Shown here: piece after piece, positions 1-8,741 of the stretch
Position numbering within the stretch: position 1 is the first letter of the stretch
Layout of the letters: each line of letters opens with the position of its first letter
Source of the DNA: Bacillota bacterium
GTDB lineage: Bacteria; Bacillota; Bacilli; Alicyclobacillales; SLC66
DNA: 36,872 nt
NCBI GenBank assembly: GCA_021821025.1
Contig: JAKACY010000002.1
Location: forward strand, 1-36,872
Direction of reading: 5' to 3'
Translations under genes and position numbers: made by a program
Notes under the pieces: generated by a model
What the model was told of the DNA's origin: nothing
Database searches by the model: none
What the model saw: the letters and a program-made list of their open reading frames with translations, nothing else

Positions 1-349
1 GAAGTTTTTGGCCGAGTCCGAACAAGGCTTTGCGCACGTGGAAAACTGGTACACCGAGATTCCTGTTTAGACGAATGTACCAGTGGGCCATCGAGTGGTG
101 ACGAATCGCTTGATTGAGGCGATTTTGAATGGATCGCAGGACTTAACGGCCCATGGTCCGGAAGGCATCAACGGACTGACGCTCGCCAATGGCATCATGC
201 TGTCATCATTCACCCACCGCACGGTCGAGGTGCCGTTTGATGCGAATGAATACGAAGGCATCTTGCAGGACCTCATCCGCAATTCGAAGTTTGCAAAGCC
301 GGTGGTTCAAGGTGCGCAGCTTAACATGAAGGAATCGTTCAACGTCTGA
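1..349 (+). pseudogene. Gfo/Idh/MocA-type oxidoreductase, C-terminal part, interrupted by an in-frame TAG at 68-70; 5' end lies outside the window
   Basis: Frame 2 is open from the window edge (KFLAESEQGFAHVENWYTEIPV) to TAG 68-70. The same frame continues through GTG 83 to the stop at 347-349. The stretch VVTNRLIEAILNGSQDLTAHGPEGINGLTLANGIMLSS matches the F..AI..G..P...G...L..A...S pattern of the Gfo/Idh/MocA C-terminal domain. Alternative reading: an upstream gene ends at 70 and 83..349 is a separate small ORF. Confidence 0.4.
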
Positions 350-391
350 GTACCTGAGAGTCATGAATTACAATAGAGGGGAAGATGGCCG

Positions 392-1795
392 ATGGTTAAG
401 TTTCTAGATAAGAACTTTTTGTTGACCAATCAGACTGCGGTTGCACTATATAACGATTTTGCGAAAGATATGCCGATTATTGACTACCATTGTCACCTGA
501 GCCCGCAGCAGATTTACGAGAATCATCGGTTTAAGACGATTACGGAAATATGGCTCGGCGGCGATCACTATAAGTGGCGCGTGATGCGGGCAAACGGTAT
601 CGATGAGTCTCTGATCACGGGTAACGCGAGTGACTATGAGAAATTTCTCGCGTATGCCAGGACGGTCCCTATGACACTTGGCAATCCGCTATATCACTGG
701 TCGCACCTTGAGTTGCAGCGCTTCTTTGGCATTGACACCCTGATTAATGAGCGTACGGCGGATGGGATTTGGCAAAAGGCGAATGCGATGCTAAGCGGTG
801 AGGGGTTCAGTACGCGGGATCTTATTAAAAGGTCGAATGTGAAAGTGATTTGCACCACAGATGATCCGAGCGATGGATTGGAGTATCATTTGAAACTCAA
901 AGAGGATCATGACTTCGACGTGAGAGTTGTGCCATCGTTTCGACCGGATAAGGCGTTGGAGATTCGACGTGACACCTTTTCTCCGTGGCTTCTAAAATTA
1001 AGCCGCGCCGCCGGACAAAACATCGTAAACTACGCTGATCTGTTACATGCGCTCGAATCGCGGGCACAGTATTTCCACCGGTTAGGGTGCCGCGTTTCTG
1101 ATCATGCCTTAGATGTCGTCCCATTTGAGCATACGACCCTGGAGCAGGCTAGTGCGATCTTTGCAAAGGCGCTAAGTGGCGAGGCCCTTACTACATTAGA
1201 GGAGCATCAATACAAGACTTATACGATGGTATTTCTCGGGAAACTTTACGCTCGTCTCGGGTGGGTGATGCAACTGCATATGCACGCAAGGCGCAACAAC
1301 AATTCGCGCATGTTCCGCCAACTTGGCCCCGACACTGGGTATGACTCCCTGCAAGACGGTCACCTTGCAAATGCTCTAGGTCAATTGCTCAACACACTTG
1401 AAGAGGAAGAATTGCTGCCGAAGACGATTTTGTATTCACTGAATCCGAAAGATTATGCGGTGTTAGCGGCGCTGATGGGCAGCTTTCAAGGAGGCGGCAT
1501 CCCAGGGAAGCTGCAACTAGGAGCTGCATGGTGGTTCAATGATACGAAAGACGGCATGATTGAACAGATGAGGACGTTAGCCAACATAGGACTCTTGAGT
1601 CGGTTTGTAGGTATGCTGACGGATTCACGGAGTTTCTTGTCGTATACACGCCACGAGTATTTTCGACGCCTGCTTTGTAACATGTTAGGGGAATGGGTCG
1701 AGAGTGGAGAAGCGCCAGATGATATGGAGCTATTGGGTGACATCGTGCGGCGCATCTCTTATGTCAATGCGAAGGAGTATTTCGAATTCGAATAA
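392..1795 (+). CDS. uxaC: Uronate (glucuronate) isomerase
   Basis: 467-aa ORF with RBS AGAGGGGAAG 7 nt upstream of ATG 392. The N-terminus FLDKNFLLTNQTAVALYNDFAKDMPIIDYHCHL and the later WWFND / RHEYFRR motifs are hallmark UxaC sequences. Confidence 0.95.
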   Translation: MVKFLDKNFLLTNQTAVALYNDFAKDMPIIDYHCHLSPQQIYENHRFKTITEIWLGGDHYKWRVMRANGIDESLITGNASDYEKFLAYARTVPMTLGNPLYHWSHLELQRFFGIDTLINERTADGIWQKANAMLSGEGFSTRDLIKRSNVKVICTTDDPSDGLEYHLKLKEDHDFDVRVVPSFRPDKALEIRRDTFSPWLLKLSRAAGQNIVNYADLLHALESRAQYFHRLGCRVSDHALDVVPFEHTTLEQASAIFAKALSGEALTTLEEHQYKTYTMVFLGKLYARLGWVMQLHMHARRNNNSRMFRQLGPDTGYDSLQDGHLANALGQLLNTLEEEELLPKTILYSLNPKDYAVLAALMGSFQGGGIPGKLQLGAAWWFNDTKDGMIEQMRTLANIGLLSRFVGMLTDSRSFLSYTRHEYFRRLLCNMLGEWVESGEAPDDMELLGDIVRRISYVNAKEYFEFE

Positions 1796-1855
1796 GTGGG
1801 CGAGTGGTTTGCGGGCAAGTGTATGAGGATGCTCGTAGGAGGCAACTGGACATGA

Positions 1856-1890
1856 GAAGATCGCGGTATGTTTTCGTAATCGCGATCTTC
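1856..1890 (+). terminator. Candidate hairpin downstream of uxaC
   Basis: Perfect 10-bp inverted repeat GAAGATCGCG ... CGCGATCTTC. The loop is large (15 nt) and the T-tract is weak (TCGTCC). Confidence 0.3.
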
Positions 1891-1981
1891 TCGTCCACTT
1901 GTTGCCTGAAAGGGGTCGGTCCATCAGTATTGGTCGATACTACCAGAATTATGAATTCCTCCCTGAAGTTATCACGCCCTA

Positions 1982-2028
1982 TTGACTATTCTGAAAATTT
2001 GTTTTATAGTTTAATAACAACGTTGTTA
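1982..2028 (+). promoter_or_regulatory. Sigma-A-like promoter (TTGACT-17-TATAGT) followed by the 14-bp perfect palindrome TAACAACGTTGTTA (2015..2028), a LacI-family-type operator
   Basis: TTGACT at 1982-1987, a 17-nt spacer, then TATAGT at 2005-2010. The palindrome starts 4 nt after the -10 box. An identical 14-mer recurs at 5679..5692. Confidence 0.55.
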
Positions 2029-2146
2029 AAGGAGGCGATTAAGGATATCAACATAAGCGCAACGTGTTAGGTAACAACGCGAATATACATCTCAGAGATT
2101 GAAACGTAGACAAGAAGAATATTTTCCATAGAAAAGGAAGGTTGCG

Positions 2147-4195
2147 ATGAACGTTTCCGAACGAAAAAGAAGAAAGCGTTTACTATCCTTGAGCATCCTT
2201 TCCAGTGCAGGCATGATGGGGTTAGTCTTTGGTGGTGTGTTGACCCAAGCAAGTGCATCGACAAGTTCCATCACCATTACGGAACCTGCGATGTCGACCC
2301 GAGATCCCACACAAAACGGGCCAGAGGTCCTTCTCGACCAAGGGACAATTTTAGAAGGGCTATACGGGTATAACGCAAGTAATCAACTGATCCCAAAGAT
2401 TGCGAAAAGTTATAAGGTAAGTGACGGAGGAAAAGTTTGGACCTTCTATCTCCGGAATAATGCGAAGTGGTCTAATGGCGAACCTGTCACCGCCAACGAC
2501 TTCTATTACGCATGGATGCGATTGTTAGATCCAAAAGACAATACTGGGGCCGTATGGCAGAGTGTCTTAACCGATGTACAGGGTGCCAATCAGTACCATG
2601 CCGGACAGGTTCCAGCGAATCAGGTCGGAATCAAGGTGCTCGGTCCATATGCGATCCAACTGACTCTGACCGCCCCACACGACATCCGAGGCATGTTGGC
2701 TATCGCCGGTTCTATGCCGCTCTACCCTGGTGACGTAAAAGCGCATCCCAGTGACTGGTTTATGCCGCAAAACTTTGTGGGTGATGGGCCCTATGTGGTG
2801 AAGTCATTCACCGTTAACGGGGCCATGACGTTACAAAAGAATCCGTATTATGTGCCAGCACCTGGCGACACGGGGGCAAACGTTGACCAAGTCAACATCG
2901 TTCCGACACCAACCGTGCCAGTAGAAGACTTCATGGCGAACAAACTAGATCTCGCTTGGATCACGAATCCATCTGACTTCCGTTATATCGAGACGCATCC
3001 TTCGCTAAAATCAGAAGTTCAACTTCAACCAGGTTACGAAGCATTCTCATTGGAATTCGACAAGTCGTCTGCCGCATCCCCGCTGGATAACAAATTGGTA
3101 CGCCAGGCCATCGCGATGGCAATTAACCGCACACCGATCGTGCAGGCGGTGCTCCATGGAATGGGCGGCGCAACCACAACCTTTGGCCCGCCACAATGGC
3201 CACCAACAAAGTATGAGCATGGGATTGCGTTCAACCTCACCAAAGCAAAGCAACTATTGGCGCAAGCCGGCTATCCGAACGGCAAAGGAATACCCACGCT
3301 GTACCTATACTGTAAGACCACTGCAGACGATCCGGTTCAGGTGTCTGTCGCGGAGGCGCTCGCGCAAGAGTTCCAGCAGGAATTGGGCATCAACTTCAAG
3401 ATCAGCCCAGTCGCCAGCTCCATTCTTGGGCAAATGGTGTATAACGGTCTCGTACCAGGCGTTAAGCCAGGCTACGTGATTGCGGGTGGCAATGCACCTT
3501 GGATCGACTCTGGCTATCTGCCGCTGCAAGCGAACCAGATGGCATCTCGCCCGGGGACAGTTGGGCCAGCTTCCTATAGGCAGCATTTTCAGCCTTGGTA
3601 CTTTGATACCACCAACCCTGCAGATGTCTCGAAGTATGGTAATCCGAACGATTCTAACATGGGGACAAAATGGTCACAGTGGTCTGCACTGAACAAAGAG
3701 GCCACTACGGATATGGCTTGGCTGTCGGCATGGATGAATAGGCAACCAAAGTGGTATCAGCAGTTGAACCAACCGGCACCAGGACAATCCAATCAGGAAA
3801 TCTGGAGCGGTCTGATTCAGCAGTGGAAGGCAGCAAAAACCGCTGCTGATAAGCATCAGATCTGGGTTACCGCCTACCAAATGGTGAGTAATTACTCCAT
3901 CGGGAACGCGCTGGCTTCGATTGGTCTCAGCGGTCAGGTTTATGTGGATCAACACGAGCCGACGTTCGTTTACGACCAGATCTTAGAGACTGCAAAATTG
4001 GGTTCTGTAACAAACTTGCAACAGGGGTATAAACTGGCAGCGCAGATTGCTGATCAGGTTATTCAATCCGGATACCGCGAACCGCTTTACTACAACTACA
4101 ACATCTTCTTGGAGCGCTCAAACTTTACGGGAGCCCAGTCGAGCCCGTATGGTTGGTTAAACTTCCATGACCTACAGTATATCAAGGCCAAATGA
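2147..4195 (+). CDS. Extracellular solute-binding protein, family 5 (OppA/DppA-like), secreted; no cognate permease genes adjacent
   Basis: 682-aa ORF with RBS AAGGAAGG. The basic N-terminus plus hydrophobic stretch ending ASA|ST indicates a type-I signal peptide. SBP_bac_5-like motifs are present (NAKWSNGEPVTANDF, LQKNPYY). Confidence 0.8.
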   Translation: MNVSERKRRKRLLSLSILSSAGMMGLVFGGVLTQASASTSSITITEPAMSTRDPTQNGPEVLLDQGTILEGLYGYNASNQLIPKIAKSYKVSDGGKVWTFYLRNNAKWSNGEPVTANDFYYAWMRLLDPKDNTGAVWQSVLTDVQGANQYHAGQVPANQVGIKVLGPYAIQLTLTAPHDIRGMLAIAGSMPLYPGDVKAHPSDWFMPQNFVGDGPYVVKSFTVNGAMTLQKNPYYVPAPGDTGANVDQVNIVPTPTVPVEDFMANKLDLAWITNPSDFRYIETHPSLKSEVQLQPGYEAFSLEFDKSSAASPLDNKLVRQAIAMAINRTPIVQAVLHGMGGATTTFGPPQWPPTKYEHGIAFNLTKAKQLLAQAGYPNGKGIPTLYLYCKTTADDPVQVSVAEALAQEFQQELGINFKISPVASSILGQMVYNGLVPGVKPGYVIAGGNAPWIDSGYLPLQANQMASRPGTVGPASYRQHFQPWYFDTTNPADVSKYGNPNDSNMGTKWSQWSALNKEATTDMAWLSAWMNRQPKWYQQLNQPAPGQSNQEIWSGLIQQWKAAKTAADKHQIWVTAYQMVSNYSIGNALASIGLSGQVYVDQHEPTFVYDQILETAKLGSVTNLQQGYKLAAQIADQVIQSGYREPLYYNYNIFLERSNFTGAQSSPYGWLNFHDLQYIKAK

Positions 4196-4234
4196 GCCTG
4201 AGATGAAGTGCTAGAAGAAATAACGCTGTTATTA

Positions 4235-4269
4235 CAATCGCTGGTCGAAAACACCTCGACCAGCGATTG
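4235..4269 (+). terminator. Hairpin downstream of the SBP5 gene
   Basis: Perfect 14-bp stem CAATCGCTGGTCGA / TCGACCAGCGATTG with a 7-nt loop, starting 40 nt after the stop codon. No clear U-tract follows. Confidence 0.45.
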
Positions 4270-4474
4270 GACCGCATGCATAGTTTGAATCGAAGGGGTG
4301 ACTCCTCAATCGATGCGCAGAAGTACCTTCACAAGGTGAAATAGTACGGTGATTTGATTCTGGATATTGCTAGAGACCACTACGGGCCATTTCCATAAGC
4401 GTGGATAACCGCATTGTCAAGGTAGATGGTGGTACGCAGGTATCACTTGTCTCTTTGGGTGGACCAAAATAGCT

Positions 4475-5638
4475 GTGTCAAGAGATGAATTTGAAGAGGA
4501 TGATGATCGGATGTATACGTCGGCAAGTGTTTCGCCAGATGCATTCTTAAAGCAGTTATATGATGAGCGCGAGACTGCGCGTAAACGAATTCTGGGGACC
4601 TGGCAAGAGAAAGCTGATCGAATCAAGAGAGAGTTGATTGAGTCGTTAGGGGATTTTGGCTTGAATGCACCTACGAACGACCGGCAAGTTAGGTTAGGCC
4701 ATGAAACTCGTGTCAACGGGGTTTCGGAAGTTGACGCAAGCGGGGAACCCCTACTTGATCCCATCCTATTGGAGCGGGTGGAGCTGGACGAAGTGATCCG
4801 TGAACGGGTGGAGTTTACGACCGTGGGCGGATTGCGGATGCAGGCGTTCGTGGTTATCCCGATGTCATTTACAGCAGGGGGGAAGCGGCCTGCCGTTTTG
4901 CTCTGGCATGGGCATGGGAACGGCAGCAGGTCATTGGTCGGCCTTCAGGCCGACGGCACACCTGTAACGACGACTGGAAAGCCTGCGGATAACCTGGCGC
5001 TGGAGTTTGCGCGTCGTGGAATGGTTGCGATGGCACCAGAGATTGTGGGCTTCGGGGATCGACGACTGGAGCGGGATTTACGGAGCAATCCCAACATCAA
5101 TAATTCTTGTTTCAACCTCTCTGTGTCGCTCCTCATGTCCGGCAAGACGACGGCAGGATTACGGACGTGTGAAGCGATTCGAGCGATGGACTACTTGGCG
5201 TCAAGGCCGGAAGTAGATGCACAGAGAGTCGGGAACATGGGGCACTCGGGTGGTGGGATGGTGGCTTCCTTGTCGGCCGCGCTCGATACCAGGATTAAGG
5301 CCTCAGTTGTGGGGATTTACCCCAATACCTTTCAAGGAAGTATCCTCGCGATGCAACACTGTCTTTGCAACTACATCCCGCGCATACTGGATCATGCCGA
5401 AATGCCGGATCTACTTGGCTTGATTGCTCCGCGCTATCTATTTATTGAGGCGGGACTGGATGACCCGATCTTCCCCATCGCGACGACTAGGGTTTGTTTG
5501 GCACAACTGGAAGCAATCTACCGCCAGATGGGGTTTGAGGGCCGTTTGGAATCGCATCTATTTGAAGGCAGTCATGAGATATCCGGGGAGAGATCTATTG
5601 ACTGGTTGGCTCAAATTTTGTCTAGGAGTGTTCTCTGA
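4475..5638 (+). CDS. Alpha/beta-fold hydrolase (Abhydrolase_7 / dienelactone-hydrolase-like), putative carbohydrate esterase
   Basis: 387-aa ORF with a nucleophile elbow GHSGGG (GxSxG), LLWHGHGN, and a C-terminal His (EGSHE). The start is uncertain: GTG 4475 or ATG 4511. Confidence 0.7.
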   Translation: MSRDEFEEDDDRMYTSASVSPDAFLKQLYDERETARKRILGTWQEKADRIKRELIESLGDFGLNAPTNDRQVRLGHETRVNGVSEVDASGEPLLDPILLERVELDEVIRERVEFTTVGGLRMQAFVVIPMSFTAGGKRPAVLLWHGHGNGSRSLVGLQADGTPVTTTGKPADNLALEFARRGMVAMAPEIVGFGDRRLERDLRSNPNINNSCFNLSVSLLMSGKTTAGLRTCEAIRAMDYLASRPEVDAQRVGNMGHSGGGMVASLSAALDTRIKASVVGIYPNTFQGSILAMQHCLCNYIPRILDHAEMPDLLGLIAPRYLFIEAGLDDPIFPIATTRVCLAQLEAIYRQMGFEGRLESHLFEGSHEISGERSIDWLAQILSRSVL

Positions 5639-5664
5639 AAACGCTGTCTAGGTGTCAGAAAGCG

Positions 5665-5692
5665 TGATATACTATCATTAACAACGTTGTTA
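5665..5692 (+). promoter_or_regulatory. Extended -10 promoter (TGaTATACT) followed by a second copy of the TAACAACGTTGTTA operator (5679..5692)
   Basis: TG at 5665-5666 and TATACT at 5668-5673. The palindrome starts 5 nt downstream, 71 nt upstream of the 5763 start codon. Confidence 0.5.
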
Positions 5693-5762
5693 CCGCTGTA
5701 AAATAAGAACTTGAGAGCATTGCACCCTGGGACGTAGACTGATTCAGCAAGGAGAGAGTTGG

Positions 5763-7103
5763 ATGAGGAAGAGCTACTGTATTGTGGGGACGGGTCATCG
5801 AGGAATCGGAATGTATGCGCAGGATTTGATCACAAACTACGCTGATGTCGCAGATTTGACAGGTTTATGCGACCTGAATCCGGGGCGCCTGGAATACACT
5901 CAAAAGCTGTTAAAGATGGACATTCCGATATTTACTGATTTTGATGAGATGTTGGACAGCGTTTCTTGTGATGTAGTCATCGTCACGACGAAAGACGCGA
6001 CTCACGACGATTTCATCATACGGGCCATGCGCCGAGGCAAAGATGTCATCACAGAGAAGCCGATGACGACGGATGCAGATAAGTGCAGAGCCATCCTGAA
6101 GGTGGAACAGGAAACAGGCCGGACGTTGAAGGTGGCCTTCAACTATCGCTATGCACCTTACAAGACTGAGATTAAACGCCTTCTAAAAGAGGGGATCGTC
6201 GGAGAATTGCATTCCGTCGAGTTTCGCTGGTTTCTGGATACCATCCACGGTGCGGACTATTTCCGTCGGTGGCACGCGCAAAAGCAGAACAGCGGTGGAC
6301 TCCTTATCCATAAGGCAAGCCACCATTTCGATCTGATAAACTGGTGGTTGGATGCGGAACCCAGTGAGGTGGCCGCGATGGGGTCACGCCAGTATTACCT
6401 ACCCGAACGTAAGCCAGGGCATGGTGAGCGTTGCTCGACTTGTGACATTGCGGAGTCATGTGAATTTTATTTAGACCTCGCGGCCGACAAAGTATTGCAC
6501 GCACTATATCAGGAAAATGAGAAGTATGACGGCTATCATCGGGATGGATGTGTATTCTCCAAACGCATTGACATTGAGGACACCATGTCGGTGATTGTGC
6601 GGTACAACCGAGGGATTCAATTGACTTACGGGTTGACAGCCGCTACTTCGTTTGAGGGTTGGCAGGTCGCTTTTAACGGAAGCAAGGGCCGATTGGAAGC
6701 CTTTGAGCCTGAAGCCTTTATCACGGCTGAAGATCAGACCAAGTTCGTCGAACGAGCATCTGGCAGGGTGCGCAGAACAGTTGATTGGCGCAACGGCAAC
6801 TTGGCGGACCTCAAGGAGTTTGATTCGCTGGAGGCACGGTTCTACCCACTTTTTGGCGGGGTGCAGACCTTTAAAGTTCCATTTGTAAAAGAGGGACACG
6901 GCGGAGGCGATCGTAGATTAAGAGACCATCTTTTTCGCGATGATTCGTACGATCCGCTGGGCCACGTAGCCGGTAGCCGCGCAGGCGCGATGGCGATGCT
7001 GGTAGGCGCTGCCGCTAACATCTCTATGGCCAACGGGATATTCGTAAAGATAGACGATTTGCTCAATCCATCGAGTACTGGAAATTCATCGATATCGACA
7101 TGA
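5763..7103 (+). CDS. Gfo/Idh/MocA family NAD(P)-dependent oxidoreductase
   Basis: 446-aa ORF with RBS AAGGAGAGAG. Rossmann N-terminus CIVGTGHRGIGMY and the EKPM motif (ITEKPMT) are present. Confidence 0.85.
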   Translation: MRKSYCIVGTGHRGIGMYAQDLITNYADVADLTGLCDLNPGRLEYTQKLLKMDIPIFTDFDEMLDSVSCDVVIVTTKDATHDDFIIRAMRRGKDVITEKPMTTDADKCRAILKVEQETGRTLKVAFNYRYAPYKTEIKRLLKEGIVGELHSVEFRWFLDTIHGADYFRRWHAQKQNSGGLLIHKASHHFDLINWWLDAEPSEVAAMGSRQYYLPERKPGHGERCSTCDIAESCEFYLDLAADKVLHALYQENEKYDGYHRDGCVFSKRIDIEDTMSVIVRYNRGIQLTYGLTAATSFEGWQVAFNGSKGRLEAFEPEAFITAEDQTKFVERASGRVRRTVDWRNGNLADLKEFDSLEARFYPLFGGVQTFKVPFVKEGHGGGDRRLRDHLFRDDSYDPLGHVAGSRAGAMAMLVGAAANISMANGIFVKIDDLLNPSSTGNSSIST

Positions 7104-8065
7104 TCAATATCAAAGACATCGCAAAGCTGGCTGGGGTCAGTTACAGTACCGTTTCCAAGGCGCTCAACGGCAGCTCACTTGTTAAGCCTGCGACCAAGTC
7201 CAAAATATTGGAGATCGCTGAAAAGTATGGCTACCAGAAGAACCTTCTGGCCACCCAATTGGTGTCAGGCCGAAGCAGGCTAGTGGGATTCGTGGTGGAC
7301 AACGTGCGCAATCCCATTTTTGCGCATATGGCAAACGACCTGCACCTGGAACTCCAAAACCATGACTATCACATGCTGCTTGCTATTTCGCCAGATGGAG
7401 TGGAACTTCTCAATCAACTTCGGGTGGAAGGGATCATCATTTGGGGTGATCTCATCCACTCTGATCCTGATTTCCTCAAGAGGTTTCACGACCTGAATGT
7501 GCCCGGATTCATTTTGGGGACGGACGAGGTGCTCAGAATCCCGCACATCCTCATCGACCGTAAGGCGTGCATCCATGAAGCGGTGCGATACTTGATCGCG
7601 CACGGGCATCGTAAGATTGGATTTGTAGGAGGATCACAGGAGATCAAGGTGAATGCCTTTCGAGAAGCAATCTCCGAGATGGGGCTTGAAACTTCAGAAG
7701 ACTGGCTCATCCCGGCTGATTCGACCTGGGAAGGCGGTTATCGGGTGATTCGAGATTATGCTTTTCACAAGGAGTCGCCAACGGCATTTATTGGTCTGAA
7801 CAATTTGATTACCAAGGGCGTGTTGCGGGCACTTTTGGAACGTGGATTTTCGGTACCCGCAGATATTTCACTCGTCGGCTACGACAACCTTCCAGAATTA
7901 AAGAACGCGGAAGTGCCCTTGACTACCGTCGGACCGTCTTTGGAGGAAATGGTGTCGAAATCAGTCTCTTTGCTGCAGACCTTGATTGAACGACCAGGCA
8001 ATGCTCTCCCAGTCGTTTTAAAGCCAGCCCTCGTGGAGAGGGCATCTGTCGGACCACGCAGGTGA
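7100..8065 (+). CDS. LacI family transcriptional regulator (LacI #1)
   Basis: ATGA overlap with the upstream gene suggests translational coupling. The N-terminal HTH is INIKDIAKLAGVSYSTVSKALNG, followed by a periplasmic-binding-protein-like sugar domain. Confidence 0.9.
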   Translation: MINIKDIAKLAGVSYSTVSKALNGSSLVKPATKSKILEIAEKYGYQKNLLATQLVSGRSRLVGFVVDNVRNPIFAHMANDLHLELQNHDYHMLLAISPDGVELLNQLRVEGIIIWGDLIHSDPDFLKRFHDLNVPGFILGTDEVLRIPHILIDRKACIHEAVRYLIAHGHRKIGFVGGSQEIKVNAFREAISEMGLETSEDWLIPADSTWEGGYRVIRDYAFHKESPTAFIGLNNLITKGVLRALLERGFSVPADISLVGYDNLPELKNAEVPLTTVGPSLEEMVSKSVSLLQTLIERPGNALPVVLKPALVERASVGPRR

Positions 8066-8259
8066 ACTTTAGAGCTGCGAATTTGAAAGGGAAGACTCTA
8101 CTGATTAGCCAAGGGCAAGGGATTCTATCTTTTGATGCGGGGCATTGAGGAATTTGTCTATGCCGCGAAGTCGCACGCGAACATTCCCCTATATGTGTTC
8201 AAGGCGACATAGTTATCCGGCCGACCCAGACCATAGCATGAGAGATTTTCGATGAGTGG

Positions 8260-8741
8260 TTATTGCAACTGCCCAATCTTATCCACTAGGCGCCAACAGA
8301 AAGTCCACTCTCGAACAGACAGCGGCATATCGGCGTACTTGATTCCGCATTCCGAGCAAATCTTGCTCGATTCAAACCGCCTGTCCGCCACAGTGAGCTT
8401 TGCGCCATGCATCGCCGTCTTGTATTCCAATTGCCGTCGAAACTCATGAAACCCCATATCACTAATTGCACGTGCTAAACGATGATTCGCCAACAGGCCG
8501 CGTACATTCAAATTTTCGATGGGGTAAACATGATGGTAATCCTGGTTTGAAGGTCCTTTGGAAAGGACTTGTCGGCTTGAGGACCTAACCACAATGTGGG
8601 GGATTCTTCATCCAACGTGATTTATGGGTAATGCTAAGGGCTTTAGCCATAGGGCGGTTCAGGATACAGTTCATCTCCGCCGCCTTTAGACTTTGCATCA
8701 ACCTTGTATGATTCATAATAGCAAAGGCAGGCAGGAATCGG
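8260..8741 (-). pseudogene. tnpB: Fossil of an IS200/IS605-family tnpB (RNA-guided nuclease OrfB): N-terminally truncated, frameshifted, C-terminus degenerate
   Basis: ORF 8260..8592 reads PIENLNVRGLLANHRLARAISDMGFHEFRRQLEYKTAMHGAKLTVADRRFESSKICSECG...PLSVREWTFC. This is the RuvC-II / zinc-finger region of TnpB. The following DRD..NAA.NI block is missing or degenerate. The upstream piece (ITHKSRWM, frame of ORF 8585..8776) is in a different frame. No tnpA gene and no element ends were recognised. Confidence 0.6.

Noticed and set aside
2015-2028. Reading TAACAACGTTGTTA as a CcpA cre site
   Set aside because: It deviates from the cre consensus at the symmetric G2/C13 positions in both copies. 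It also flanks a dedicated LacI gene. I cannot fully exclude this reading without genome-wide counts.
1804-2070. 88-aa plus-strand ORF in the uxaC-SBP5 intergenic region
   Set aside because: It has no RBS and no recognisable family. It spans the hairpin, the promoter and the operator, so it is most likely non-coding.
4219-4233. AATAAC-GCT-GTTATT inverted repeat as a third LacI #1 operator
   Set aside because: It shares only TAAC/GTTA with TAACAACGTTGTTA, has odd central spacing, and lies in a terminator region directly before the 4235..4269 hairpin.
6504-6899. 131-aa minus-strand ORF inside the Gfo/Idh/MocA gene. Similar antisense or alternative-frame ORFs include 13031..13651, 11724..12089, 21852..22283, 24258..24683, 30328..30789 and 34724..35275.
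   Set aside because: These are shadow ORFs lying entirely within strongly supported genes on the other strand or frame. Their composition is Arg/Ser/Pro-rich and typical of out-of-frame translation, and none shows a family motif.
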